Shown: positions 34,201 through 45,407 of the stretch, one piece after another
Numbering within the stretch: position 1 is the stretch's first letter
Layout of the letters: each line of letters starts with the position of its first letter
Origin: Macrostomum hystrix
Lineage: Eukaryota > Animalia > Platyhelminthes
Length of the DNA stretch: 64,000 nt
Direction of reading: 5' to 3'
NCBI GenBank assembly: GCA_950097015.1
Contig: CATNEN010000009.1
Coordinates: 744,001 to 808,000 of the forward strand
The notes under the pieces: generated by a model
Database searches by the model: none
The model's input: only the letters and a program-made list of their open reading frames with translations
Told to the model about the DNA's origin: nothing
Position numbers and translations under genes: made by a program

Positions 34201-36791
34201 TGATGAGGCTCGGAGGCTGCGGAAGCTCGGGTTTCAAATCTCGGCGCACCGCATCGACTGCAGATAAATTGGCGATCGCCTCAAAATGACAGCTCAGACC
34301 TGCCCGGACTCACAAACATCATTCCGACCAGCTTGGGACATGTCAGGTGAGTCCTATGAGCAAAAATACAGAGTCTTGTGGATACTCAAATAGACTCACT
34401 GGCATAGCCTCACTGGCATAGCCTCACTGGCATAGCCTCACTGGCATAGCCTCACTGGCATAGCCTCACTGGCATAGCCTCACTGGCATAGCCTCACTGG
34501 CATAGCCTCACTGGCATAGCCTCACTGGCATAGCCTCACTGGCATAGCCTCACTGGCATAGCCTCACTAACATAGCCTCACTGGCATAGCCTCACTGGCA
34601 TAGCCTCACTGGCATAGCCTGATAGAATGATGGCATAGACTCACTGGCATAGCCTCACTGGCATAGCCTGATAGAATGATGGCATAGCCTCACTGGCATA
34701 GCCTGATAGAATGATGGCATAGCCTCACTGGCATAGCCTGATAGAATGATGGCATAGACTCACTGGCATAGCCTGATAGAATGATGGCATAGACTCACTG
34801 GCATAGCCTGATAGAATGATGGCATAGACTCACTGGCATAGCCTGATAGAATGATGGCATAGACTCACTGGCATAGCCTGATAGAATGATGGCATAGACT
34901 CACTGGCATAGCCTGATAGAATGATGGCATAGACTCACTGGCATAGCCTGATAGAATGATGGCATAGACTCACTGGCATAGCCTGATAGAATGATGGCAT
35001 AGACTCACTGGCATAGCCTGATAGAATGATGGCATAGACTCACTGGCATAGCCTGATAGAATGATGGCATAGCCTCACTGGCATAGCCTGATAGAATGAT
35101 GGCATAGACTCACTGGCATAGCCTGATAGAATGATGGCATAGACTCACTGGCATAGCCTGATAGAATGATGGCATAGACTCACTGGCATAGCCTGATAGA
35201 ATGATGGCATATCATAGAATGATAAGCCAGAACAGATGTAATTCAGAGCTAGTATGTAAATAGTCACTTTCACAGCTAGCCTGGCTGACCCAGAGTAACT
35301 CAAAAGTCTGGCAAGTCCATTTGAAAGTTAATTAGCATAAACTGACCGACAGCTGGCAGTGAGGCCAGCTGCACAGAGTCGCAGGGGAGGGGCACACGCG
35401 GAATGACTAATGGAGGAAACTCGGCCCGACCCCGGTGAGAGAATTGGCGGTCCGAGTTCTCTCAAATGTCAGCGGCTTGTCGCTGTGGGCTAAAACGCAA
35501 CTCGCAACGCTTTCGCAAAAAAACAAACAGACGAACTGCCGCAGCAGCAGCAGCAGGCGAGCATGGCGGCATTCTCTGAGAAGCACTCACTGCTCAAGAC
35601 CAGCATCATTCTCAGCTGCATTGGCTTCATCTGCTACCTGCAGTTCCCCGTGCTCAGCTGCCCGGGCTTTTCAAGCCTCCTGGCCAACAGCCTCTGTGAT
35701 GCGGCCTCCGGCATGGCGCACCAGGCATTCGGCATCATCTCCCTGCTGCTGTTCTACTCACTGCTGCTCATCCTCATTCTGTACGTGTTCGTGGAGGAGG
35801 CCAGCAACTACAACATTTTGGCCTTCGCTTGCTTCATCATCGCCTTCCTTACTGGTGAGCGAATGTCACAATGTCACTGTCACAATGTCACTCTGTCACA
35901 ATGTCACTCTGTCACAATGTCACTCTGTCACAATGTCACTCTGTCACAATGTCACTCTGTCACAATGTCACTCTGTCACAATGTCACTCTGTCACAATGT
36001 CACTCTGTCACAATGTCACTCTGTCACAATGTCACTCTGTCACAATGTCACTCTGTCACAATGTCACTCTGTCACAATGTCACTCTGTCACAATGTCACT
36101 CTGTCACAATGTCACTCTGTCACAATGTCACTCTGTCACAATGTCACTCTGTCACAATGTCACAATGTCACACTGTATTACACCTCGCAGCTGCTTTCAT
36201 CCTGTTGGCGGCCTTCGTGGAGCCGACGCTGATCAACCAGTCAGCGACCAGCTGGGCAGGGCTGGGCGCCACCTGCTCATCCCTGACTGGCATTCTGCTG
36301 CTGGTGTACTGCATCCGGGGCACCAGCGGCGCCTGACACAGCTGACACTGGACCCCTTACTAACTGCCCCTGTTACCATATTCATTGTGTAGCAAATTAA
36401 AAGCGAAACGTTCTCATGCGACTGTCGCCAATAAATATACAGTTTAGTCTGTGGCTCAGGCAGCCCTCCCCACAAAGCCTGTTTCCTATTATTGGCTTCA
36501 TATTTTGTACTGTCTGAGCTAACTGCTCACAGTCTTCTCACCTGCTGCCAAGGCGGTGATGAGGTACGCAATTAGCAGTGGCATCAGCTTGGCCTCGTCC
36601 ACGAAGATGTAGACGGACAGCATGACGACTGCGGCCGTGTAGAACAGGTAGGCGAGCACCGACACGGCCTGACCGCCCCTGTCGCCGGTGGCGCCCCAGT
36701 AGAAGTTGCTGTAGAGCAGCAGCAGGAAGCCGATTGCGGTGAAGAAGAATGCCAGTTTTAGCCACTTGCTCAGCGATTCCAGTTCGGCCAT
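31252..36791 (-). CDS. Small four-TM membrane protein, paralogue B; exons 36791-36542 and 31382-31252; 126 aa
   Basis: Exon 1 ends G|GTGAGA (phase 1). Exon 2 follows TCCCGCAG|GA and completes TM3-TM4 (GVLVLLGVLMVRLSHYNTTKGCISGFSAIAAGFLAIVGLVTSG*). Total 381 nt; AATAAA at 31138-31133; same intron position and phase as paralogue A. Confidence 0.8.
31397..34035. repeat. 15-bp minisatellite (GAGACTGTGAGATTT) with higher-order variant blocks
   Basis: Direct reading; ends 14 nt from the paralogue B acceptor. Confidence 0.98.
34393..35212. repeat. Compound array: 14-bp (GGCATAGCCTCACT) turning into 35-bp (GGCATAGCCTGATAGAATGATGGCATAGACTCACT)
   Basis: Direct reading; the 35-mer contains the 14-mer. 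Confidence 0.95.
35563..36336 (+). CDS. Small four-TM membrane protein, paralogue A; exons 35563-35854 and 36191-36336; 145 aa
   Basis: Donor G|GTGAGC at 35855 and acceptor CTCGCAG| at 36190 (phase 1); four hydrophobic segments; AATAAA at 36430-36435; shares IGF, QA..., YVFVEEA/YIFVDEA and a loop NxS/T with paralogue B. Confidence 0.85.
   Translation: MAAFSEKHSLLKTSIILSCIGFICYLQFPVLSCPGFSSLLANSLCDAASGMAHQAFGIISLLLFYSLLLILILYVFVEEASNYNILAFACFIIAFLTGERMSQCHCHNVTLSQCHSVTMSLCHNVTLSQCHSVTMSLCHNVTLSQCHSVTMSLCHNVTLSQCHSVTMSLCHNVTLSQCHSVTMSLCHNVTLSQCHSVTMSQCHTVLHLAAAFILLAAFVEPTLINQSATSWAGLGATCSSLTGILLLVYCIRGTSGA
35863..36175. repeat. 16-bp minisatellite (CACAATGTCACTCTGT) filling the paralogue A intron
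   Basis: Direct reading. Confidence 0.96.
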
Positions 36792-37605
36792 GCTCGGTAG
36801 ATGCTGTTCTGCTGAAGCAATTCGGTCTGAGCTCTGTTTTTTGGTGCGCTTTAACGGCTAAGCAAATGTGAATTTGTGTTGTTCTTTTATTTCGACTGGC
36901 ATTTGGGGGGTCGGGTGGGGGCAGAGGTTTGGGGGGCCAGATGAAAATGCGCAATCAATGCTTTCGGGTTCGCGCAGCGACTCTCCGTTATATTACTGCC
37001 GGGCCGGAAATTTTACTGCTCATAGGTGAGAACCGGGCGCAGCTTAATTTACTTTAAATGCAAGCAAATATGCTTCTGCGCTGTGAATGAAACGATCAAT
37101 TAGACCCGCCTGTCTTTACCGTTTATTAGCTGGGTACTGAACCAATGCAGGACACAAACTGTTCGAATTTAGTCGGGAATCGAGCCCCCCGATAGTTAAG
37201 TCGTCGTTTAAACGCAGGATACAAGCCCTTTTCTGCAATAGATTCCATAAATATTCCAAAACCCATTATTAATTGAACTCGCGGGTTTAGTATATAGGAT
37301 TAGCAGAAGAACCCCATTGTATCGAGAGCTGAGAATCAAGTCTCCCTAATAAGTATATATATATAGATACGGAAAGTGGATATACAAATCGTATTTTCTC
37401 TCGATAAAGTCAAAGTGCATTTGCACACTGTTATTATGCAAATCTGGGTGCCCTTTACTTCGGCCATAGACTACTGAAGCCATGTTTGTCGATGAAATTT
37501 TCAAACAAGTGAGTGCTCTCCTAGCTTTGGTGGAGAATCTGGATTGAATATAGTTTTATTCAAATTGAGCCAAGCCATTCCAATATTCAAAATCAAATTT
37601 GGAAC

Positions 37606-39756
37606 ATGCGGGACAAGCGCACGAGGCCCGAGCAGCAGTCGCAGGCGAATCCTGGAGAGGCAATGCAGGAAATTCGCGGCATGATCGAACAGATCCGGCG
37701 CTGCGAGGCCCTACTGTCTGACGGCAGCAATGAAGGCACTGGCCGACTGTCCGGCCAGTTATTGGCGAAGGCTGACCGCCTCAGCAGGCTCCGCCGCCGC
37801 CGAGTGCGGCCCGAGTCCGCCCCCAGCTCTGACCGCAACAACAACAAATGCTGCTCCGGCAGAGGCCAAGGCACGGCCATACATGAAGTCCAGCCGGAGA
37901 CGCGTGATGCCTCGCTGGAAAGTTGCGACCAGTTTCCGGTTTCCGACCAGTTAATCGGCGAGGCGAGCGTCGAGAGTCTGAACTCGAGCCTCGAGGAGGG
38001 CCCGCTTGACTCCGTTGTAGGCGGCGGTCAAGGACGCGGCAAAAATGATTCGAAGGCCAAGTCGGCTGCAGGCGGCAAAACTGATTCGAAGACCAATCAG
38101 CAGGCTGAAGACGGCGGTCAAGGACGCGACAAAGCAGATTTTAAGCACCAGGAGTACTGCCTCTGCCACAAGCGAAAGTGCAATAATTGCGGCAGCCTCT
38201 GTCCATGCTCTGAGCACGCCTGCCCCGGCTGTGGGAGCTTGAGCCGGGTGGTCATGACTATGCGCTCGGTCAACGGACTCAAGGTGTGTACACGGCTACT
38301 GATAATCTCCCAGAAATTTTGTTTGTGTATTGTCGCATATAGGACTGAGACTGCACAACTGTACACAGCCTTTAGAAGCATTGCACAACAGCCCAGGTGG
38401 GCTAGGTGTATAATAAAAATACTATTAATATTATTTGCAGGAGGGCTGTGGGCGATGACACACCATTTGGTGACAGTAGACCCGCAGCCAGCGAGGAGGC
38501 AATTCTGCCCATTCCGCTGACTCCTGAGCACACACTACTGTGTACATCTGCCCTGACTTTCTCATCGTCAGGCAGTGTACACTTCACTGTGCCTTGGAGG
38601 TTGGCCCTTGAGGTCGTAAATTGCACGACAAGCCCCCAAGCCTTCTCTCCGCGGCTGCGCCCCAAATAAATGTCTCCTCACCACGGAATCGAGCTCAGGT
38701 ATCATTGGTGCGAGCGGCAAAAGTGTTAGACCGGTCGGCCACTCAAACATTAGGCTAGGTTTCATTTCTGCCAAACTATCTCTGGATGGACTTTTACGAG
38801 GAAAAATGAATTAATCAATGCTTTCAATGCCACAGGTCAGGGGTCGGCAAACTTATTTGCGTGCGGGCCACGGAAAGAACCTAAAATACTACAGCGGGCC
38901 GCATTAACTGTTGGAATATGAGAAAGGGGATCGAGATAAGACACAGGAGAGAGAAGACGGGAGAGATGAGACACGGGATAGACGAGACAGGGGAGAGATG
39001 AGACAAAGAAAATATAAGACATAGAAGAGTGAGCCAGGGAGACATGAGACAGGGGAGAGATAAGACACATGACAGATAAGACCGACGAGAGTATGAGACT
39101 CTCCATCTCCTGATGACAGAGACTATATGTGTTGGAAGGGGCAACGGGCCGGATTTGGGAGCTTCGAGAGCCGGAGTTTGCCGACCCCTGCCATAGGGTT
39201 AACCTAGTGCAAGAAATAGCAGGCAATTAATGTTGGAACGAAATTTAATTTTGACTGTCGGTAAATATTTTCCACTCATCAATGCAACCAATTATGCCAC
39301 TGATGTGAATGATTCAGTAGCACTCAGAGCAAATTGCTATTAAAATTCGCACCCTCCCCGCTGCAGACAATCGCCGAAGCGCAGAAGTGTCGCTACCGGA
39401 ATGGCAAAGTGGTCAGAGCCAAGCGCTGCCGGACGCAAGGCAAGCGCTTCCTCATGAACGAGAATCCTATCACCGCTGATTCGTCCGGCGAGTGCGCCCA
39501 CTCCGTCATGGTGCGCGTGGGCGGCGGCTTCGTGCCCCTAGTCGAATACCTGAAGTCGCACAACAAGGTGGTGCTGTCCAAGTTCACCAGATGCGATGGT
39601 AGCGCCTTCCTCAGCCCGTGGCAGCCTCACTACCCAGGGCCATTGCGAAAGGGCCGGCCGAGGGGAATTCGCTACGTGGACTCGGTCACCCAGCAGCTGG
39701 AGGAGCTCATCTTTGCAAACAAGGAGGTCGGCAAGTCAACGTGCGTCTGTACTTGA
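37606..39756 (+). CDS. Probable Cys/His-rich (Zn-finger-like) + divergent GAR (Gas2-related) domain protein; exons 37606-38283 and 39367-39756; 355 aa if joined
   Basis: Exon 2 contains HSVMVRVGGGF...EYLK, matching the GAR VMVRVGGGW motif, after acceptor CCCCGCTGCAG| (phase 0). Exon 1 has CLCHKRKCNNCGSLCPCSEHACPGC and ends AAG|GTGTGT (phase 0). The join is inferred from phase compatibility. Confidence 0.55.
38838..39190. mobile_element. hAT-type MITE (353 bp)
   Basis: 16-bp TIRs CAGGGGTCGGCAAACT / AGTTTGCCGACCCCTG; flanking 8-mers CCACAGGT / CCATAGGG (6/8, decayed TSD); no coding capacity. Confidence 0.85.
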
Positions 39757-40149
39757 ACAATGGGGCTGAGAACTGCGCTGAGTTCAGTTGCCCTTTCCTG
39801 TTATCCCCACCCGGCCTCGTCAACGACATTTGCTGCCTTGCTTCCATTGTCTCAAAAACCTGTCCAAGTACTTATTTGCCTAGGTTTCAATAGTGCCTCT
39901 GACGCTGCAGCGACTCCCTAGGACCGGATCGTAGTTTCTGTAACCCAACGCGACCTGCCCGATTGTGTTTTTTCTGTCTTATTTCGCCTAATCTCCGAGG
40001 AGAAATCCGCCTTAACAACGTTATTTTAGTTTTGCTACCGAGCACCTCAACTCAAACATGACCAATAAGTAGCTCTACGGGTAGAATGAGTGCGACTTCC
40101 CATTTTTTTACTGTCGACATGCCAGCCGTGGCTTACTTTGCGATGCCTC

Positions 40150-41893
40150 TGCAACCTGCCCTTCCCTCAGTCTGTAGATGATCTGCAACCTGCCCTTCCC
40201 TCAGTCTGTAGATAGTCTGCAACCTACTCTTCCCTCAGTCTGTAGATGATCTGCAACCTGCCCTTCCCTCAGTCTGTAGATGATCTGCAACCTACTCTTC
40301 CCTCAGTCTGTAGATGATCTGCAACCTACTCTTCCCTCAGTCTGTAGATGATCTGCAACCTACTCTTCCCTCAGTCTGTAGATGATCTGCAACCTACTCT
40401 TCCCTCAGTCTGTAGATGATCTGCAACCTACTCTTCCCTCAGTCTGTAGATGATCTGCAATTTGCCCTTCCCTCAGTCTGTAGATGATCTGCAACATGCC
40501 CTTCCCTCAGTCTGTAGATGATCTGCAATTTGCCCTTCCCTCAGTCTGTAGATGATCTGCAACATGCCCTTCCCTCAGTCTGTAGATGATCTGCAACCTG
40601 CCCTTCCCTCAGTCTGTAGATGATCTGCAACCTGCCCTTCCCTCAGTCTGTAGATGATCTGCAACCTGCCCTTCCCTCAGTCTGTAGATGATCTGCAACC
40701 TGCCCTTCCCTCAGTCTGTAGATGATCTGCAATTTGACCTTCCCTCAGTCTGTAGATGATCTGCAATTTGCCCTTCCCTCAGTCTGTAGATGATCTGCAA
40801 CATGCCCTTCCCTCAGTCTGTAGATGATCTGCAATTTGCCCTTCCCTCAGTCTGTAGATGATCTGCAATTTGCCCTTCCCTCAGTCTGTAGATGATCTGC
40901 AACCTGCCCTTCCCTCAGTCTGTAGATGATCTGCAATTTGCCCTTCCCTCAGTCTGTAGATGATCTGCAACCTGCCCTTCCCTCAGTCTGTAGATGATCT
41001 GCAATTTGACCTTCCCTCAGTCTGTAGATGATCTGCAACCTGCCCTTCCCTCAGTCTGTAGATGATCTGCAACCTGCCCTTCCCTCAGTCTGTAGATGAT
41101 CTGCAACCTGCCCTTCCCTCAGTCTGTAGATGATCTGCAATTTGACCTTCCCTCAGTCTGTAGATGATCTGCAACCTGCCCTTCCCTCAGTCTGTAGATG
41201 ATCTGCAACCTGCCCTTCCCTCAGTCTGTAGATGATCTGCAATTTGACCTTCCCTCAGTCTGTAGATGATCTGCAACCTGCCCTTCCCTCAGTCTGTAGA
41301 TGATCTGCAACCTGCCCTTCCCTCAGTCTGTAGATGATCTGCAACCTGCCCTTCCCTCAGTCTGTAGATGATCTGCAATTTGACCTTCCCTCAGTCTGTA
41401 GATGATCTGCAATTTGCCCTTCCCTCAGTCTGTAGATGATCTGCAACATGCCCTTCCCTCAGTCTGTAGATGATCTGCAATTTGCCCTTCCCTCAGTCTG
41501 TAGATGATCTGCAATTTGCCCTTCCCTCAGTCTGTAGATGATCTGCAACCTGCCCTTCCCTCAGTCTGTAGATGATCTGCAACATGCCCTTCCCTCAGTC
41601 TGTAGATGATCTGCAATTTGCCCTTCCCTCAGTCTGTAGATGATCTGCAACATGCCCTTCCCTCAGTCTGTAGATGATCTGCAATTTGCCCTTCCCTCAG
41701 TCTGTAGATGATCTGCAACATGCCCTTCCCTCAGTCTGTAGATGATCTGCAATTTGCCCTTCCCTCAGTCTGTAGATGATCTGCAACCTGCCCTTCCCTC
41801 AGTCTGTAGATGATCTGCAACCTGCCCTTCCCTCAGTCTGTAGATGATCTGCAACCTGCCCTTCCCTCAGTCTGTAGATGATCTGCAACCTGC
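40150..41893. repeat. 34-bp minisatellite (CTGCAACCTGCCCTTCCCTCAGTCTGTAGATGAT), about 51 copies
   Basis: Direct reading. Confidence 0.98.
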
Positions 41894-42137
41894 CTGCCTC
41901 CCCTAGCTGCCACAATGCTCAAAAAAATCTGCTCTGCTCCCCAGAAGCACTCTGATAGCTGTGCTTGACCAGCTGATAATTAATAGAAACTCGCTTAGTT
42001 GTTTTGCAAGTCATATAATATGCAGGAAAGTTTAAAATCGACCTGTACATTTGAATAGGGCAGAGTTTTGATAAATTAAAAACAGAAACGAAATAACTGA
42101 ATTTTTTGCTGCAGCCGCAGCTGCATGCAAGGCAGTC

Positions 42138-43210
42138 AGCGAGGTTGCAGGAAAGACAGTCAGTGTGTTTGCAGGAAAGACAATGGCTGCAGGAAAGACA
42201 ATCAGTGTGTCTGCAGGAAAGACAATCAGTGTGTTTGCAGGAAAGACAATCAGTGTGTCTGCAGGAAAGACAGTCAGTATGTTTGAAGGAAAGACAGTCA
42301 GTGTGTTTGCGGGAAAGACAGTCAGTGTGTTTGCAGGAAAGACAGTCAGTGTGTTTGCAGGAAAGACAGTCAGTGTGTCTGCAGGAAAGACAGTCAGTAT
42401 GTTTGCAGGAAAGACAGTCAGTGTGTTTGCAGGAAAGACAGTCAGTGTGTTTGCAGGAAAGACAGTCAGTGTGTCTGCAGGAAAGACAGTCAGTGTGTTT
42501 GCAGGAAAGACAGTCAGTGTGTCTGCAGAAAAGACAGTCAGTGTGTCTGCAGGAAAGACAGTCAGTGTGTTTGCAGGAAAGACAGTCAGTGTGTCTGCAG
42601 GAAAGACAGTCAGTGTGTTTGCAGGAAAGACAGTCAGTGTGTCTGCAGAAAAGACAGTCAGTGTGTCTGCAGGAAAGACAGTCAGTGTGGCTGCAGTAAA
42701 GACAGTCAGTGTGTTTGCAGTAAAGACAGTCAGTGTGTTTGCAGGAAAGACAGTCAGTGTGTTTGCAGGAAAGACAGTCAGTGTGTTTGCAGGAAAGACA
42801 GTCAGTGTGGCTGCAGGAAAGACAATCAGTGTGGCTGCAGGAAAGACAGTCAGTGTGTCTGCAGGAAAGACAGTCAGTGTGTTTGCAGGAAAGACAATCA
42901 GTGTGTCTGCAGGGAAGACAATCAGTGTGTCTGCAGGAAAGACAGTCAGTGTGTCTGCAGGAAAGACAATCAGTGTGGCTGCAGGAAAGACAATCAGTGT
43001 GTCTGCAGGAAAGACAGTCAGTGTGGCTGCAGGAAAGACAGTCAGTGTGTCTGCAGGGAAGACAATCAGTGTGTCTGCAGGAAAGACAGTCAGTGTGGTT
43101 GCAGGAAAGACAGTCAGTGTGTCTGCAGGGAAGACAGTCAGTGTGGCTGCAGGAAAGACAGTCAGTGTGTCTGCAGGGAAGACAGTCAGTGTGGTTGCAG
43201 GAAAGACAGT
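42138..43210. repeat. 24-bp minisatellite (GCAGGAAAGACAGTCAGTGTGTCT)
   Basis: Direct reading; the 3n unit yields spurious ORFs in several frames. Confidence 0.97.
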
Positions 43211-43626
43211 GTGTCCAACAGGTCTGAGCTGGAGATTGGCTCATTGGAGTGTGTCTAACAGGTGAGTTGGTCTCACGTGTCGAATCGGAGCGGCCGCCCT
43301 GTGACTTCGTTGTATTGTGGCCTTGTCATGAAGCTAATCAAATCAGTCTTTGCCGTTGCCTGGCAGTCAGTGGCTTCGCCTAATTGTCGTCAGCAGAAGG
43401 TCGATTGCGCGGTTACACAATGTCCATCTCGTCGAGCATCGTGCAGGCATCACATTTGCCTGGGTGCTTGTACACTTTTGTTTACTGCCGACCGGCTGCT
43501 GTAGCTGTTGCTGTTGCTTCTTTCGCAGCAGTTGCTGCTGTAGCTGGCCCGCAGCTCGAGGCACCCACGGGCAGCTGGGCAGGTGGGGTAGCATCTCGCG
43601 ATGATCCAAATCGTCTGGGATATTGG

Positions 43627-43969
43627 CTAGCAGTTTAACGGCCCATTTCGCCAGCTTCCCCTAGCAATGCGGTGCGCGACGACAGGCACGGCAGCCATAC
43701 GCCGCGGGTGGTCAGCTGGCAGACGCAAAGCTTTCTCGTAGGCGGCAAGGCAAAGCTGGTCCCTGGTGGTGGCAACGGTACGAATTCCTGCCTCGAGGTG
43801 AAGGGCCATGTGAGCCGTCAGTCAGCGCCAGTTGCTCGCGTCTTTTTGTCTTTCTATTTATAGATGTTTCTGAATACATCGGTGCTTGAATACATCCTAT
43901 GCTGATGGTCACGGAGGGCTTGGTGGTAACAACAGGCAGCGGTGCTACTGTCAGTAGCACGTCAGTCAC
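43627..43969 (-). mobile_element. Decayed non-LTR retrotransposon (LINE) fragment, region downstream of the RT domain
   Basis: Fragments APMYSETSINR..REQLALT and ALHLEAGI...RDQLCLAAYEKALRLPADHPRR resemble post-RT segments of RNase H-bearing LINEs (from memory); frameshifted. Confidence 0.45.
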
Positions 43970-44474
43970 TTCTAGCCTGAGGGAAAATGGCTAATTGTCG
44001 GTGATTTTTCAGTGCGGCAGTTTCCAGAAATATTTATTCTGCTTGGCGCAAGCAGATTAGCAGCCGGAACATTCACGCGATTCTCGGCATGAAAACTAAT
44101 TCTTGCCATTGTCCCGATGTTACCCGACTGGGAATTCCGGTGCCAGCACGGGATCTGGGAGCTTGAACTGGCCTCTTTTTCGCAATGCGCTCCATCAAAT
44201 TCGGCAAGTTTCCCGGTGATCAGAGGCACTGGGTGTCCCCGGGTGCTGGCTTCGAATTGCTCCATCCTCCCTGCTGATCTAAGCTGCCTTTCATGACCGC
44301 CGCCTCATCCATGCTGGAATTCCTGCGGATTCTGCAGTTCGGATAAACACAAACAACTGCTAGGAGACCCGGTTGCAGTGATGCATCTGGCCGACACGAG
44401 TGCCTCCACTTACAGCCTGCCAGCCGCCTGCGATTTCAGCGCTGCTTTTAACAAACTCGTCTGGCAAAAAATGG

Positions 44475-44895
44475 CATAGGGAATGGCATAGGGACTGGCA
44501 GACGGACTGGAAGAGGGACTGGTAGAAGGAATGGCATAGGGAATGGCAGAGAGAATGGCAGTGGGACTGACAGAGGGAATGGCAGAAGGGAAGGACTGGC
44601 AGAAGGGAAGGACTGGCAGAAGAGAAGGACTGGCAGAAAGGGAAAGACTGGCAGAAGAGAAGGACTGGCAGAAAGGGAAGGACTGGCAGAAAGGAAGGAC
44701 TGGCAGAAGGGAAGGACTGGCAGAAGAGAAGGACTGGCAGAAGGGAAGGACTGGCAGAAGGGAAGGACTGGCAGAAGGGAAGGACTGGCAGAAGGGAAGG
44801 ACTGGCAGAAGGGAAGGACTGGCAGAAGGGAAGGACTGGCAGAAGGGAAGGACTGGCAGAAGGGAAGGACTGGCAGAAGGGAAGGACTGGCAGAA
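44475..44895. repeat. 17-bp purine-rich minisatellite (GGGAAGGACTGGCAGAA)
   Basis: Direct reading. Confidence 0.92.
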
Positions 44896-45407
44896 AGAGA
44901 ATGCCAGAAGGAATGGGCCAGTAAGCAGTCGGGAAAGCAGAAGAGTGAGCATTAAAAGACCGGAAGGTAAAAATCAGCTCAGAGGCAGCCCATACGCCAG
45001 CAGCAGCTTGGCTGCAGTTTCTGGAAGCGCAAATAAATCAGTAAGGCTCCCCCCCGGTCTCATTAGCATGCGGCCGCTTCCTAGTGGAAGATTCATGGCC
45101 CATAACGCCCGACTGGCCCGGTTTACCGCGGAACAACTGCGCGGTCGGTCCCCGCCCCCATTGGAGAGTTTGAAATGCAAATTTTTATGGCTCGAACTGC
45201 AGCGGATGGGCTGGGCAACTGGTTTGTTAGAATTGCTTTAAAAGGTTTGCCGATACGGCCTGCCTTTGGCGCACCCGACTGCAGATTATGGAATACAGGG
45301 ACCTGCTAGGCTGTGACTCCAGCCTCAACACGGTTTGGAGGAGAGATGAGAGCTGAAAGAGGGAACAGGAGGGTGGATAAAGGAAAGAGGAAAATGAAAA
45401 TAGGGGG

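Noticed and set aside
38441-38669. Alternative second exon for the Cys-rich gene
   Set aside because: From the phase-0 donor it stops after 5 codons; the long frame needs a weaker phase-2 donor. Not excluded, but unsupported.
41919-43265. Cys-rich metallothionein/keratin-like 441-aa ORF and overlapping ORFs
   Set aside because: Translations of a 24-bp tandem repeat that is open in several frames on both strands.
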